A stretch of 63,913 nt of DNA, filler included, from Folioceros fuciformis (lineage: Eukaryota): assembly GCA_049999805.1 (NCBI GenBank). It is 16 parts of 16 records of this genome, joined end to end, with 100 filler letters (N's around TTAATTAATTAA, not from the genome) between each part and the next. Parts side by side here need not be neighbours in the genome. Positions count along the whole stretch, not along the records: positions 1 to 2,587 come from JBNGIO010006722.1; positions 2,688 to 5,533 come from JBNGIO010006723.1; positions 5,634 to 10,977 come from JBNGIO010006724.1; positions 11,078 to 24,317 come from JBNGIO010006726.1; 12 more parts are not named here. One strand, given 5' to 3'. Shown one piece after another: positions 1-13,569 of this stretch. The position numbers and the translations under genes are program-made. Each line of letters opens with the position of its first letter. The stretch's first letter is position 1. The notes beneath the pieces were generated by a model. It saw only the letters and a list, made by a program, of their open reading frames with translations, was not told the origin of the DNA and made no database searches.

Positions 1-210
1 TAATTATTAATTAGGCACCCAAATCGTTAAATGATATGAAGCGCCACCACGTTTCATACGGTCGTGACTCTAGACTAACCGTCACATTCCTCGCTTCGTG
101 AACAGGCACGAGCACGCCTTAAGAGGCCAAGGTCACGGCCAATAAATTATCCTTCCTTTTTCGTGTTCTAATCTCTCTCTCTCTCTCTCTCGATCCTTTG
201 ACTATCTTTA
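1..210 (+). repeat. 3' part of the 5' LTR of a Ty1/copia element (truncated by window edge), containing a (CT)n tract and ending ...CTTTA
   Basis: Lies immediately before the PBS; (CT)n at about 173-191; ends in TA rather than CA. Confidence 0.6.
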
Positions 211-223
211 TGGTATCAGAGCC
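211..223 (+). promoter_or_regulatory. Primer-binding site complementary to initiator tRNA-Met 3' end
   Basis: TGGTATCAGAGCC, the canonical plant copia tRNA-iMet PBS, upstream of gag-pol. Confidence 0.9.
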
Positions 224-2587
224 ATGCTCGGTTTTTGATAGAGTCCATCCGCCCTCTATCGAGGAGCAACTTTTCTGTCTCTTGGACAGGAAGCAGATGG
301 ATTGTTTTCAACACCTTGTACAATAATCAATCAGATTAGAACCAAATGGATCCAGCATCTTCCCCTAGCAGTTGCGCTGGCTGCAAAAGCACGAACTGTA
401 TTAAAAATCTGCCACACGCTCAATTCTGTAGTCTAATCACTGCATTAAAGAAAGCCCTAAGCAGATTCGGAGAGATATCAGATGCTTTTCTTGCAGATGC
501 CGTCGTGCATTATTACAGCTAGCGTCTTGCATTATGTCGAGGAGAAGAGGTAGAAGGTTGGTTGCCAGAAACTGCTGACCCGTTTGTAGGCGCACCATGA
601 GAACCAGTTGCATCACAACATCGTAGATTGAACCAATTTTTCAGTTCGCACTGTAGAAACCAGTATCAGCAGTCATGCGCACCATTCCAGGGTCAGAACT
701 TACAACAAATTAGGCCTGATCTCCTGCACAGTCTANNNNNNNNNNNNNNNNNNNNNNNNNNNNNNNNNNNNNNNNNNNNNNNNNNNNNNNNNNNNNNNNN
801 NNNNNNNNNNNNNNNNNNNNNNNNNNNNNNNNNNNCAGAACTTACAACAAATTAGGCCTGATCTCCTGCACAGTCTATGCGCACTAAGCCGTGACATTGC
901 TCGAGCACAGTTAGTTTCTGTCCAAGAACAGCAAAAACTTGCACGTAACACTCACCCACTGTGTCGCAATTGCGTAGCCAAGCAGTCTATCATTCCATCC
1001 TCTACTGACCAGCTTCTTGCAAAGGTGCATGACCAAGTCAGGTTGCAATCCCAACGCATAAAAGAAACCAACATCAAATTAGACGCACTGTTTGCACAAG
1101 GTCAGTTGAACTCGCTGGCTGTACCTGCACACCCAAGAACCAACACGCAATGTGAGAGCACCGTTTTTGGAGCATCAGCACCTGTGCAATCAAGAAACAT
1201 GAAAGCCGCCGAGATTGAGTGCAAGGATCCAGAGGCGTGTGCCGCAAGGGCTGCTCGACCTTTTAAAAAAAAAAAACAATGGCTGTACATGTCACAAGGC
1301 GGGAGAGGCAATCGCGGCCGTCGCAGACCAAATCGTGGTGCCGGATCAAGTCAAGGGACTGGCCGAGGGCGAAGCGATACAAGTGAAGAATCAGGGTTTT
1401 ATCCCCTACCGGAAGATCCCTCTTCACTGTTTCAAACACCTGACCAGATAGCCTCTCCACAATCCAGTACATCTCCCCCTCCCTCTTACTTTGTACATTT
1501 AGCACAGCTAGCACACGCTGCACAGAGTGCACAGTCAACAAGCACCGAGCGACTAGCTCAAGCCACAAGGGCTGCACTAGCCGCGCACGTAGTGAACTCC
1601 ATGGCTGGGCAACCTATCACAAATAACACAACCGTCAATAATCTGAAAATAGATTTTAAGGAAAAAGATAGGTTCAACGGATCCCAATTTGACATTTGGG
1701 CTCTCCGGGTCCAAACAATCCTAAAAGAAAATGACCTGTGGGATGTGGTTACTGGCACCACTCCCAAACCAGCTGCCACAGCTCCTCGGGCAGAACGAGA
1801 TGAATGGGCGAAAATGGATGTCCGGGCTTTGGCAGTTATCCAGTCTGCACTGGATGGTTCAATGATGCATCACACTCAGGATGCTGAATCCACGAAGGAT
1901 GTTTGGGACTCCTTGTCCCAAAAGCTACAGAGTATCAAATGGTTCGTCCATGGCTAGTGCTACTCGAGCTTTTTACAATTGCAAGATGAAAGAGCATGAA
2001 TCTGTGGAGCAACATGTTCAAAAGTTTCGAATGCTATGTTCGAAGCTTACCCCCAGTGGCACAAGGACTACTGAGATGCAGGCAGCAATTGCACTCTTGT
2101 TGTCCCTACCTAAGAGCTACAGGACGTTCGTCAGTAATCACAGCTCAAACTTGAGGAATGTGGCGCAAGCCACACCAGCAGGCCAAGTACCTGCAGTAAC
2201 ATTATCATACCTTATTAGAGCACTTCTCGAGGAGGAGTCCACAAGGCATTCCAGCAGGGGCGTTTCATCCTCCAGAGGAGAGTCGTCCAACATAGCCCTC
2301 TTTTCAAATAAAGGTCCAAAACGGCAGCAACCTCGCCAGTCATGGCAACCACAGAGCAGTGGTACACATGCAAGCAACAAGCAACGTCTTGCCTCATCTC
2401 CAGCGAAGAAAAAGGGCGAGTGCAACTGGTGCCTTATACCTGGCCATTGGGAGTTCAAATGCCGAAAAAAGAAAGCAGGAGACCCACGGCGTACAGCTCC
2501 CCCTAAAACCAATGTGGTACAGAAACGACCCAACACCCTGTTAGCTGTGTACATGGTCTCTACCCCTCTGTACAGGCATGCATGGTA

Positions 2588-2687
2588 NNNNNNNNNNNNN
2601 NNNNNNNNNNNNNNNNNNNNNNNNNNNNNNNTTAATTAATTAANNNNNNNNNNNNNNNNNNNNNNNNNNNNNNNNNNNNNNNNNNNN
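2588..2687. other. Artificial contig spacer (44 N + TTAATTAATTAA + 44 N); first of 15
   Basis: The same spacer recurs at about 5534, 10978, 24318, 26813, 31482, 33687, 38188, 39423, 41332, 52628, 54567, 55768, 57625 and 58967; the 12-mer has stops in all six frames. Confidence 0.97.
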
Positions 2688-5121
2688 TTCACATTCACAA
2701 AATTCAGTGGTAGCAGTAGGCACACCTGTCCACAACCTGTACCAGCTGGATATCTCTTACAAGCTTGGCAAGCCCTCTGTCAACTTGACTCAAGAGCAAC
2801 AGGCAGAACGAGACACCATGCTCTGGCACTGCCGCCTTGGGCATGTCAACTTTGACAAACTCAAAACCATGGTGGCCAGCAATACTTTGTATCGTGAGAA
2901 GTTCATGATCAAATTTGCCGAGAAGCAATTCTCTGAAGCTTGCGTTTTTGGCAAGCACCACTGAGCTCCCTACAAGGACAAACATCCAACCCGAGCCAAC
3001 AAGCTTCTGGAGTTAGTGCACTCAGACCTCTGTGGCGCGATGTCTACAGCTTCTTTTGGAGGTGCACGATATATATTGTCATTCATCGATGACTAGAGCA
3101 GGTACATCGTAGTTTACCTAATACGGGAGAAGAGTCAAACCTTTGACTATTTTCAGGATTACATTGCATTTGCCCAACGCCAAACTGGTGAGCTGATCAA
3201 GACCTTGCGGAGTGATAACGGTGGAGAATACTGCTCCAATGCCTTCAAAGAATTCTGCCAGAACCAGGGCATTGCTAGGCAGTATACTACCCCCCACACC
3301 TCTGCACAAAATCCAGTCACTGAGGTGAGTAACAGACACATCCAGGAACAAGCAAAAGCCATGCTGCATCAAGCATGCTTGTCAAAAGAATATTGGGGAG
3401 AGGCAGTTGCAACTGCTGCTTACATCCGTAACAGGCTCCCCACCAGTGTGTTTCCTGGAGCAACCCCATATGAACGATGGACCAATTCCAAGCCTCGTAT
3501 CAACCATCTTCGGCTATTTGGCTCACCTGCGTATGCTCATTTATCCGAAGACCAGAGGGTAAAAATGGACTACAAGGCTCGGAAGTACGTGTTTGTCGGA
3601 TATACTGAGGGCATAAAAGGATATAAGTTACTTGATCCTGACAAAAGGACCACGACACACTCCAGGAGTGTTGTCTTGAACGAGCTTTTCCTGCTCACTG
3701 CCCAAAGCCAGCAGCCAGCTGCAGCCAACCAGGCTTCGTCCAACTCCGAATACGATGATGGTGATGACACGTCAACCTCAGTCCAGTTGCACAGCTCCTC
3801 ACACACAGATCCCTTTGCTGTTCAGGCACCTGTCGACATTACAGTTAGCATCTTCCCAGAAGATGAAACTGCAGACAGTGATGAGCACGAGGACGAGGGT
3901 GCACATGAGGATGCAACAGCTGAGAGCCAGCTGGACATACCTGAGCCAAGCATACCTGAAACTGCTGCAGCCCCTGAATTTGTTGTGCACCCTCGGCGTG
4001 GAACAAACCTTGGCACACGCAGACACACTTCTTCACCCTCTGAGTGGACTAATCCCCCACTAACCTACAGCACTTTTTTGGTGCAAGAAGACTCCAATCC
4101 AAACAGCTTAGTGGAACCACTGTCCTACAAAGAAGCCATCTCTGGCCCAGAAGCTGCTAAGTGGGAGGAGGCTATTGCATCAGAATATCAGTCCCTAATT
4201 GACAATGGTACGTGGGAGTTAGCTGACCTACCACATGGCAGGAAACCTGTTACCTGCGAATGGGTATTTAAAAAGAAGTTGGCAACAGATGGCAGTGTTG
4301 CACGCTTTAAGGCACGACTTGTTGCCAGAGGTTTCAGTTAGGTCAAAGGCCTGGATTACACGGAAACTTTCTCTCTGGTTGTAAGGGCCACATCCATTTG
4401 GGCACTGTCTGCCGTGGCAGCACAATATGACTATGTCATGGAGCACATGGACATCAAAACTGCTTTCCTCAACGGAACCCTGGAAGAAACCATATACATG
4501 TGTCAGCCTCAGGGGTTCATAGACAAAACATACCCTAACAAAGCATGCAGGCTGATAAAGACAATATATGGGGTGAAACAATCTTCCCGTGCCTGGTACA
4601 ACCGGATAGACACTTACTTGAAGAAGTTTGGATTTCTGCAATGTGAGGCAAATACAAATGTATACAAACTGGTGGAGCGAGATGGCATAGTATTTTTAGC
4701 ACTGTATGTCGACGACGCAATGCTCATCTCCAGCAATCCCAAGCTCAAAGCCAAGGTTAAGTCCATCCTTACCTTAGAGTTTTTGATGTCAGACTTAGGC
4801 AAATTAACTTGGTTCCTAGGTGTCGAAATCCAGCAGAACCTGGCAACACACAAAGTGTTCATTCACCAGGCACAATACGTTAGTCGAGTCCTGGCCAGGT
4901 TTAGGATGTCAGAATGCAAACCAGCCTCAACTCCTATGGCTGTTGGAGAAAAATTGAGTATGGATCAGTCTCCCAAAACCGAACTAGAACGGCAACAGAT
5001 GGAGAAGGTACCCTACCGTTCAGCAGTGTGCTCCTTGTTTTATTGCAGAAACTGGACTCGTCCAGATTTGTCCTATGCAGTGGGAGCTACTGCCCAGTTC
5101 CTGACCTACTATGGACCTGCG

Positions 5122-5349
5122 TAAACGAAATCAGCGAGACCAGATGTGCATCACTGAGTGCGACGGGAAGAGCAAGAAGAAAACATCGATTAAGGAATGA
5201 CGTTTCGTATCAGTGTGTGTGCATATGAGCAAGAGATGCATAACCGTTTCATAACCATAATAAATATAATAAATAATTAACCAATCTACGAACTAGGTTT
5301 AAAGCTAGTAAAGGCTGTTTAATGAACCGAAAATAATTATTCCTTAATA
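5122..5349 (-). mobile_element. 228-bp insertion, probable solo LTR with TA...TA termini and 5-bp target-site duplication
   Basis: CTGCG at 5117-5121 and 5350-5354; removing the insert and one copy restores ...YYGPA-HWTCVQRIMRYLKGT. The minus strand reads TATTAAGG...TTTCGTTTA. Confidence 0.75.
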
Positions 5350-6410
5350 CTGCGCATTGGACATGCGTGCAACGAATCATGAGGTACCTAAAGGGAACGT
5401 CCAAACTTGGACTACTATACAAACAACATCCCAAAAATCAGCTACTTACATGCTTCTGCGACGCCGACTGGGCCACTAATGCTGAGACCCGCAAATCAAT
5501 CTCTGCCAACTGCCTCCTCCTTGGAACAAGTGANNNNNNNNNNNNNNNNNNNNNNNNNNNNNNNNNNNNNNNNNNNNTTAATTAATTAANNNNNNNNNNN
5601 NNNNNNNNNNNNNNNNNNNNNNNNNNNNNNNNNGGGCCGGGGCCTGAGCCTGGGCGGGACTGGGCCTGAGCCCAGTTGGCGGCTCTTTCCCCCAACCTTC
5701 CGCTTTCGTATTTTATGCTTGCTTTGCTTGTCCGCCACTGCTGAGTGTGAACCTTTTATCCCGGCGCACCAGATTGGCTGATTTGATCAAGCTGACGAAG
5801 TCTCAGGACGAGCTAGGCCTTGCACATGTTGACTGCACAGGCTTTCCTTCCTATCTGTTCCTCGAAATCGATACGGATGGAGAAGAAGCATGGCATGGTG
5901 AGTCTGGGGGATGACGGTGATGCAGGTGCTGCTTCGCGATAGCTGCGCTCGACTTGGTGGACGCCACTCTTCTGTCTGCTGCGAGTTCTGCAGCTGCTGG
6001 TCGGGTCCAAATACGCTGCAGCACCAGCAGACGTCTTGCTCGCGGCCGGCCCTCCGGTCATGGGTTCACAAGGTGGTTCGTTGTTTCGCAAGTTTAGGTC
6101 GGTATGATACCCTGTCGTGGAGGAGGGGGAGGTTTGCTTAGCGGTCTGCTCTCTTCTCGGTTTATGGAATGCAGTGGGACTCGCGTGGTTGGAGGATTGT
6201 AAGGACCGTAGGGTCCCTGGAAGTTGCGATTGGCGTACAGCAGCCGGTGGAATGCTCGTGATGTCCGTTGATGACATAGCACCAGTTTATGCATCTGTGC
6301 TTGTTGTTTTGGAAGATGGCAAGGTGTGAGCTTCTGAGCCGTGAGCTCATCGGTTAGAGGCGAGCATCCCTGACGCATGCTTCAGCGGCCCACCAGGTCG
6401 CTCAGCAAAC

Positions 6411-9400
6411 ATGAAGATCGACATGGGGACCACAGTGGATTGTGCGGATAAGGTCGCTGCCATTCTGGCCTCCATTGATGAGACGAAGAAGATTGTGAAC
6501 AGCGTGGTAATCAATAAAAACAACTTCTTGCTGTTGGCACTTCACTTGGCGGATTTGAAGCCCTTGCTGGAACTTCTGACTCAGCCGCTCTTCGAATCAT
6601 TGGACACGAGGCGTGCCCTGATTAAGCTTGCGAGTTTGGCAGACAGGGCGTATGTGGTCACGAAGCAGAGCATAGTGCGTAGTCGCATCTATCTGGTACA
6701 CCAGAGTAGTGCGGTTTTTCTACAGATCAAGAGGCTGGACAAGGATATGATGGACAGCTTAGACCTCTTTCCTTCGTCTCTTTCCGCTCCTTTGCAAGAA
6801 CATGTGAAGAACCTGAGGATTAAGTTAGAGTCGGGGGCCTTCTGTTTGGATCCCGACCTGGAGCAGTTGGCTAAAGCTATCAAAGTTGGTCTGGATCGGT
6901 GCCAGATCGATGAGCCCTATGCCACGACCTTGCTTCAATCTATTGCTGAGTTCCTCCAGGACCCCCTATCGGCAGCTGAGCTCAAGGTAGAGCTGGAGGA
7001 TGACCTAGCTGCAGCTGAACGGGAAAACGTGGTATCGGACGTACAGGTGTTGACACAGCTGTGTCAGCTCCTCAGACCTGCATCTGTTCTTGCCGACGTA
7101 CGTAGGTTAGCGTCTCAAAGATTTTTACCTTTCAGTCCTGATTGCCGGGGTCCTATCCCAAGTTCTTTTATTTGTCCAATTACCAAGCTAGTTATGGTAG
7201 ATCCCGTGATGATCTCAGAGGCAGGTTATACGTATGAAAGCTCCGCCATCCGGGAATGGTTCAGCAGAGGGAATCGCACATGTCCGGACACTGGCAAGGA
7301 ACTGGAGTCCTTGGATCTAGTGCCCAACCGAAATCTTCGGCAGGCCATGGAAGAGTTTTTTGATCTGAGGGGTCGCGAGACTCTTATTGTAGCTCTTGAG
7401 AAGATCAGATCAGATAGCCCTGCAGAACACGAAGAGGCAGTGCATATTATAAAGTCTCTGATTGATGCCGACTCGAAGTACAAGCGTCTAGTCGTTTCCA
7501 TGGATGGGCTGAAGCCACTGGTAACTGTCCTAAGGCGGGCAGCTCCAGTATTGAAGGAGAATATTCTCAGACTTTTGTGTGGTATTGCCGCTGTGGGAGA
7601 AGAGCAGAAGGTAGTTTTCGTTCGTTTCACTCTTGCAATAAGGTTGGTTTGTGTGATGTCTGGGACCACATTGAAAGGTCTGACGTGGTCTTGTCCATAT
7701 TGCTATGAAGGTTCTCCTCAAGGAAGCCGGTGCAGTGCCTGTGTTACTCCGTATCATCATCAAAAATCCAGGTGAACATGGAGGTGCCGTGCAGCTTTTG
7801 TGGGAATTGTCCAGGTGCGAGGCAGGGAAAGCAGCCATTCTTGCCGAACCTTTATCAGTTGTTACGATTGCGAGTGCTCTTAATCATTGCACTGGGGACC
7901 AAAAGAGGTTATTGAATGATCTTTGTAAAGGCAATACCAAAGTCGTTATTCAAGTGGCCAGTGCGGGAGTCTTTGGACCACTTGTAGCCATGCTACGGCC
8001 TGGTAAGATTGGTCGCAGTTGAGGCCTAGATCTCCTGCTCCACTCCAAGTATGCAGGGTCATGTCCAGTGTATGAAGTTGTGCTGAAAGGTTCCTTGAAT
8101 TGTTGCCAGGGAATGATATGGCTGTCCGAACAGAAATGGCAGCTGCAATTTGTGACTTTGGACTTAATGAGCACAGCACCGCTGCTCTTGGACAAGCCGG
8201 TGCAGTTCCACCTCTGTTGCTTCTCCTCCAGCAGGGCTATCTGGACGGGAAGATAGCAGCTGCTGAAGCATTGCTCCATCTTTCTAGTTGTGACAGCAAC
8301 AGAACAGCCATTGCCAGTGCAGATGGTGTGGCAACCCTGGTAAGTTACCTGGATTCAAGTAGTGAGGAGTTAACTGGGGTCGTGGTTGGGACCCTAGCAA
8401 ACTTGGCTGCGCATCGTGGTTGTGTAGATCAAATGGACCGACAAAGTGCTACTGCGAAGTTGGTGGATATAGTGACTTTAGGGGAGAAAACTGTCAAAGA
8501 GAACGCCATAAAGACATTGCAATGCATGGCCAAGGACAGCAGATCGGTAAGACTTGCATTGAAAGGCAACAGTGAAGTGCTCAAAATTTTTGCCCTGCTA
8601 CAAGATGAGGGCTTGTCATCAAGTGGGAGATCAAGCATCATTCGTCTTATCTGCCACCTTGCTGGAGATCGTCATTCTCGGTCGTCTGTTATTTTGAGCA
8701 GAGAACTGCTGAGGCTATTCATCAGGCTTTTGGAACAGCCTATCTCCTCAGAGGAGAAGGAGGCCATAGTGGGAATTTTATCTAGTTTGTCAAAGGAAGA
8801 AACAATGCGGGATGTTCTCCTGCAGGAACAGTCTATGCTCCCTGGGATAGTGAAGTGTCTAGACAAGTCTTGCAGCCCAAAGGTGAAAGATAGTGCTGCA
8901 GCTTGCCTTGCGAAATTGATGGACCTGACGAGTCTGCAAATACAAGTGGCATTGGCTAGGCAGGGAATGGTTGCATTGTTGTTGGATCTGATCTCCAGTG
9001 GCACTGAGGGCTCTAAACGAGACGCGGCTCACGTGTTGGGGATTCTTTCAAAACACACTCCAGAATTAACAAAACGCCAGACATTTGTGAAGAGGTCTCT
9101 AGCAGCCTTGGGCATGAAGAAGTATAGAGCTTGCAAAGTACATGCTGGGAAATGCAGTAAAGAAAGTACGATGTGTCTTATTGAGTCAGGAGCAGTGCCT
9201 TACTTGATTAAACTTGTCAGGGAAGGTGGACTATCGAGTTCTGAGGCTGCTATGGAAGCTTTATACACTCTCCTGACAAACGAACAGGATACTGAAAGGG
9301 CCATTGATTTCCTTGTGAAGAATGAGATCATATCTTCCATCTCGAGCCTTGTTGGAAAATCCAAAACATCCACAGAGCAAGCTGTTACCGTACTGGAAAA

Positions 9401-9563
9401 GATTTTCAGATTGAGGAGGTATCGGGATCAAAGGTATTTCGCGCCAGCCAAATCTGGTCTGTTGGTTACGATGACGAGTGGGTCAACTGACGCTCGTCGA
9501 ACTGCTGCAATGGCGCTTACGCATCTAGAACTTATGCCCAACAATTCGACGTGTACTCAGTGA
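6411..9563 (+). CDS. Plant U-box/ARM-repeat E3 ubiquitin ligase (SAUL1/PUB43-44-like); exons 6411-7610, 7711-8002, 8110-9563
   Basis: U-box PSSFICPITKLVMVDPV...YESSAIREWF...TCP...LVPNRNLR; multiple ARM repeats; CKVHAGKC...CLIESGAV motif typical of SAUL1-type PUBs; phase-consistent GT-AG introns. Confidence 0.9.
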
Positions 9564-12500
9564 CTTACGTGGTTGATGGCCAGCCAGATTTTCTTGACGA
9601 ACCATCTTGTATTCTATTCGAAGTAGATAGCAAGTCATCTTAAAGACAAGTTGTATTGGGTGTTGAACGGGGAGCTGGGCGATCTCTTTGCAACTTGATT
9701 GAGTTCGCCGTCTGCCTCTACTCCGTGCAGTTTTATCATTTGCAGTACAACCTGGCACCGATGAAGGCGACGAGCTTGGGACCCCAGTGGTATGTTGAGT
9801 ACATAAGTAGGTCAGTGTGGTGTAAATCAAAGCCTAGAGCTGGTCGTTGCTGGGAACGTAATTGTTAATGGGAATCCATCCATTGCTAGGGCGGGTCACC
9901 CTATGGACTGGGCTTTTGCCTTGTGCCTGTGGCTGCAGCGTCCCTGATGATGAGGAAGCGTGTTGTTGCCATGGGCATGTGAAGGTCGTCTTCTATTGCG
10001 GGAATAGCCCTCGTCGCCTGGCTTCAAGTAATTATGTGCTGGGAGCCTGTGAAGCTGGGAGGTGCATTTCCTCACTGCATGGCCGTTGAGGCTCTGGGAG
10101 CCAAGACCTTTATAGGTGTATGTTGATTGCATACGGTCCTGAAAGAGCTTGTGTTTAAGACGGCCTTTGGGTTGCCGGGGCCAAGCAATCACAGTGTGGG
10201 CATGAGTTGTGCACATTCTTATGCGACCGGTTACTGTATGCGGCTTATACCAGGTTGCACGTCTTGTTTGTTTGCAGTTGCTTAGTCAGTGAGCATGGCT
10301 GCACACAGTCTTAAAACTTTCATGTACCTGAAGGCATGTGCAAGTTTTAGAATACCAGCTCTGGAGAAAAGGAAGCAGTGTCAGGCACAGATTGGAGAAA
10401 GACGGGTTGAGGTTGACGATGTTGTCAGTGGGAGCTTGGTACACGTCAATGTTCACAGCCTAGAGGACCCTCGGATTGTGTTCGCCAGACTTACGAGACG
10501 GCCTGCCATGACAGCAGGATATGCCCGTCCGTCAGGGGGAGGCAGTGAGCTCTTGACCTTCAGTACCTGCTATGCAGAAATCAGGCTTTGTCTTGCACCC
10601 GACTCTGTGACAATTGTTGTGTACATTCGACAGGCATGATCAAGTGCGCAAGTGCCACAACGGGGATGGGGATTACGGATAAGCTTCTGAACGAGGACTC
10701 GAACCCGATGCACTTGCAGTCCGCAAGCCGACGCACAGGAGGTGGAAGCGTAGACAGGCACGGGTCCTATTTGATGACCCGAGGCAGGTGGATAGAGAAA
10801 TGTGGTGATATGAAATGTTCATGTAGGATATTCTCTATAGGGTTTGGTTTGGTCAGCGTAAGGAGATCTACATCCCACATGCATCACTTTAACCCAATGT
10901 ATTACCGGTGAGTAAAATGGTTTTCTTACGCTTCTAGACGTGAACTTAACTTGGTAATGACTAAGTCGTGAATCTTANNNNNNNNNNNNNNNNNNNNNNN
11001 NNNNNNNNNNNNNNNNNNNNNTTAATTAATTAANNNNNNNNNNNNNNNNNNNNNNNNNNNNNNNNNNNNNNNNNNNNCATAAATAAATAAATTGCCTTGT
11101 CTGTGTTATTTAGCTCATGCGCATATTCAACGGTCAAGGATTCTCTTCACACTCGCCACTCACTCCATCCCTACATACAACCATCCTTATCTCATTTTAA
11201 CTTTATTTCATATTGTATTACATTTAACTCAACAAGTATTACATAATTATTTACAATTTATAAACCTCTTCAGACCCCGGGGCTGAGTACGAGTCTTGTC
11301 ACACTAAAGGCATTAAAGGAGGAGCACCTAGGCTCTAGCTCGTGGCGCTTGTAGCCTGCAGCTACAGTACCTACCCATACCATCCTTAACCAAAGTAGAT
11401 TTTGCAACATGCACTGCAACGAAATGCACTATTGCTGCAATAGTTTATGTTTTGTTGTCCTCTCTTGTCTTGTCTGCAAAAGATGCATCTAGCCTAACCT
11501 ACTTGCAAAAGATGCACATGGCCTACCTGCTACTTGTTGCCTCCTACTACTCTTTCTCTTACTCTTACTTCCTCATATTGTTTTGTCGTAACTAACTGTG
11601 TTGAAAGCCACTGCACTCCTTGTCACTAAACTTAAACATTCTCCCCTCATATAACTCTTCCAAACTCAAATTTATGTATAGTGAACCACAAATTGTCCCT
11701 CGTTCTCTTACTCTGTCTTATTGTCATAATTGTGTTGGAACAACGTTAATTGTCACTAAAACTAAACATGTGCACTCTCGATAACTCATTCAAACCTAGG
11801 TTTATATACAATGCATTTCAAAAGGTTAATATGCTTAGCCTAATATGCACAGTACCCATGTATATAATCCACACACTATATGATGACCTCTTCAAAAGGC
11901 TGTAGTACAAAGGTAGATCTCCATGTAATCTCAATAGTCATGTTTGTCACTTGGCACCACCATACTAACTACTAACTATTGACCTTCCCTTCCTTTAAAC
12001 GGTTGACACGATTGATTGGTTCAAAGTGGAATCCATTTTCAAGCACGATGAGATTGCTTGCCTAACCTGCACTTTTGAATACCCTATTCAAACATGGATT
12101 TAGATTCGCCCTTCCCTTCGTAAGGTCAATAATTATCACACTTGTCTTGACTTGACTGGACTTAACTTGACTTGTCTTGTCTTATCTTGTCTTATTCTTG
12201 TCCTACCCCGTCCTACCCCGTCCTACCCTACCATGCCATGCATCACAACACACACCTTACAAATCAACTCTAATCGCTTGCACAGTATTGCACTAAACTA
12301 CATTGGGTTGCACTGCGCTACACTCTATTGTATTTTGAAGCATGTCCTATACATTAAACATACATGGTACATTCTATCCAAACCATTTGTGTGTAACCAC
12401 TTTTAAGCCATCCAAGCCACATACAACAAACCACTTTCACTCACAACCTATTGCCAAAGCAAACTAGTTATGAATAACATTGCCACCCACCTCGCCTTGC

Positions 12501-13569
12501 TTAATACACCCACCCTTAACATGATTGATGCATCAAGAGTTGACCCATATTTCCACCACATGTTTAATAATAACTACTTTAGCTAAACCAAACTTACCCA
12601 ATTCAAAGAATGGATGAAGACTCACAATTTAATATGCATATACAGTATGACATATGACTCTCGAGCATTGTATATACATGTATGGATGGAGTGGCTCACA
12701 CATGACTAAGTCATATGCACGCCCATAAAGTGCTTAGTTCATGCAAGATCCAATCACTTTCACTCTTTAAACTTGTTCACAATGACCCCATCACACTCAC
12801 CAAACCCACATCTTTCACCAAACCCAAATAACTTTCCTTAGATGCCTTCAAAGTCAAAGTAGTCAAAGTGGTTTGTGGGGAGGAAGGAGGACATCGGACG
12901 AAGAGTATTTTATTTAAATTTTACCTTTACATACATAACATTCGTATTTCAATCCCACTTGGCAAATCGTCCTTACATGGATGTCCAATAACATCCTCCC
13001 ACACTGGGCTGGCCGATCCATCTGTCACAACGTGGAGGGAGGGACCCGGTTCAACGCGGTTCACAGGCAACCATTCAGCGTTCACTTCAGCAGCCACCCA
13101 CAATATTTCAGGGAGAGGGATATGGGCTGGCTCTAGGACAATACATGATCATTATGGAGGTTCAACATGCGTCCCTGGCGTACTTCACCGGGGACCAGGG
13201 CACACTATAACCCTCACTCCACTCATGTGAATGAAACAGGCACATACGCTATGAGGTTGCCAGCTCTAGCCAGGAAGGCGGGAGTAGACACTAGGAACGA
13301 AGGAAGGAAGCAAGAAAGGAGGGAGGTACTCTATCTCTCATAACTCATCAACCACATCTGTAAAGTGTACCCAGTCGACTCGAAAATTTTCCCAAAAAAA
13401 CCCGTCTCCGGAACTTGTCCACGTTGTAGCAACAAAAAACAAGTGCTCGGTCTCCAACGCCTTCACTACTGCAGCAACAAAACTCATGTCAGGTTCATTC
13501 TAACCACAATCACGACTACCGTTGTACACTGCTTACGCAGAGACCAAAACAGTGTCACACCCTTGCAGA

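Larger units (their letters stand above)
1..5533 (+). mobile_element. Degenerate Ty1/copia LTR retrotransposon (gag, integrase, RT, start of RNase H); spans an assembly join
   Basis: Gag N-terminal motif FNGSQFDIW, zinc knuckle CNWCLIPGHWEFKC, GAG-pre-integrase LWHCRLGH, integrase (LELVHSDLCG, RSDNGGEY), RT (RFKARLVARGF, MDIKTAFLNG, LYVDD), RNase H start (FCDADWA); IN-before-RT order. Disabled by a frameshift near 1920-1950, stops at 2962, 3094 and 4339, and an insertion at 5122-5349. Confidence 0.95.

Noticed and set aside
2632-2643. Recurring TTAATTAATTAA palindrome as a biological repeat
   Set aside because: Always centred in a fixed 100-bp N block; it is an assembly linker. Gene order across these joins was not interpreted.
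5813-6378. Overlapping ORFs upstream of the U-box gene
   Set aside because: No recognisable domain; more likely promoter or 5' UTR with an intron.
11325-11370. Small hairpin about 11 nt upstream of CTAG on the minus strand as a Helitron 3' end
   Set aside because: CTAG is not followed by T, the stem is short and no matching 5' end was found. The AT-rich 11078-13360 block is left unassigned.
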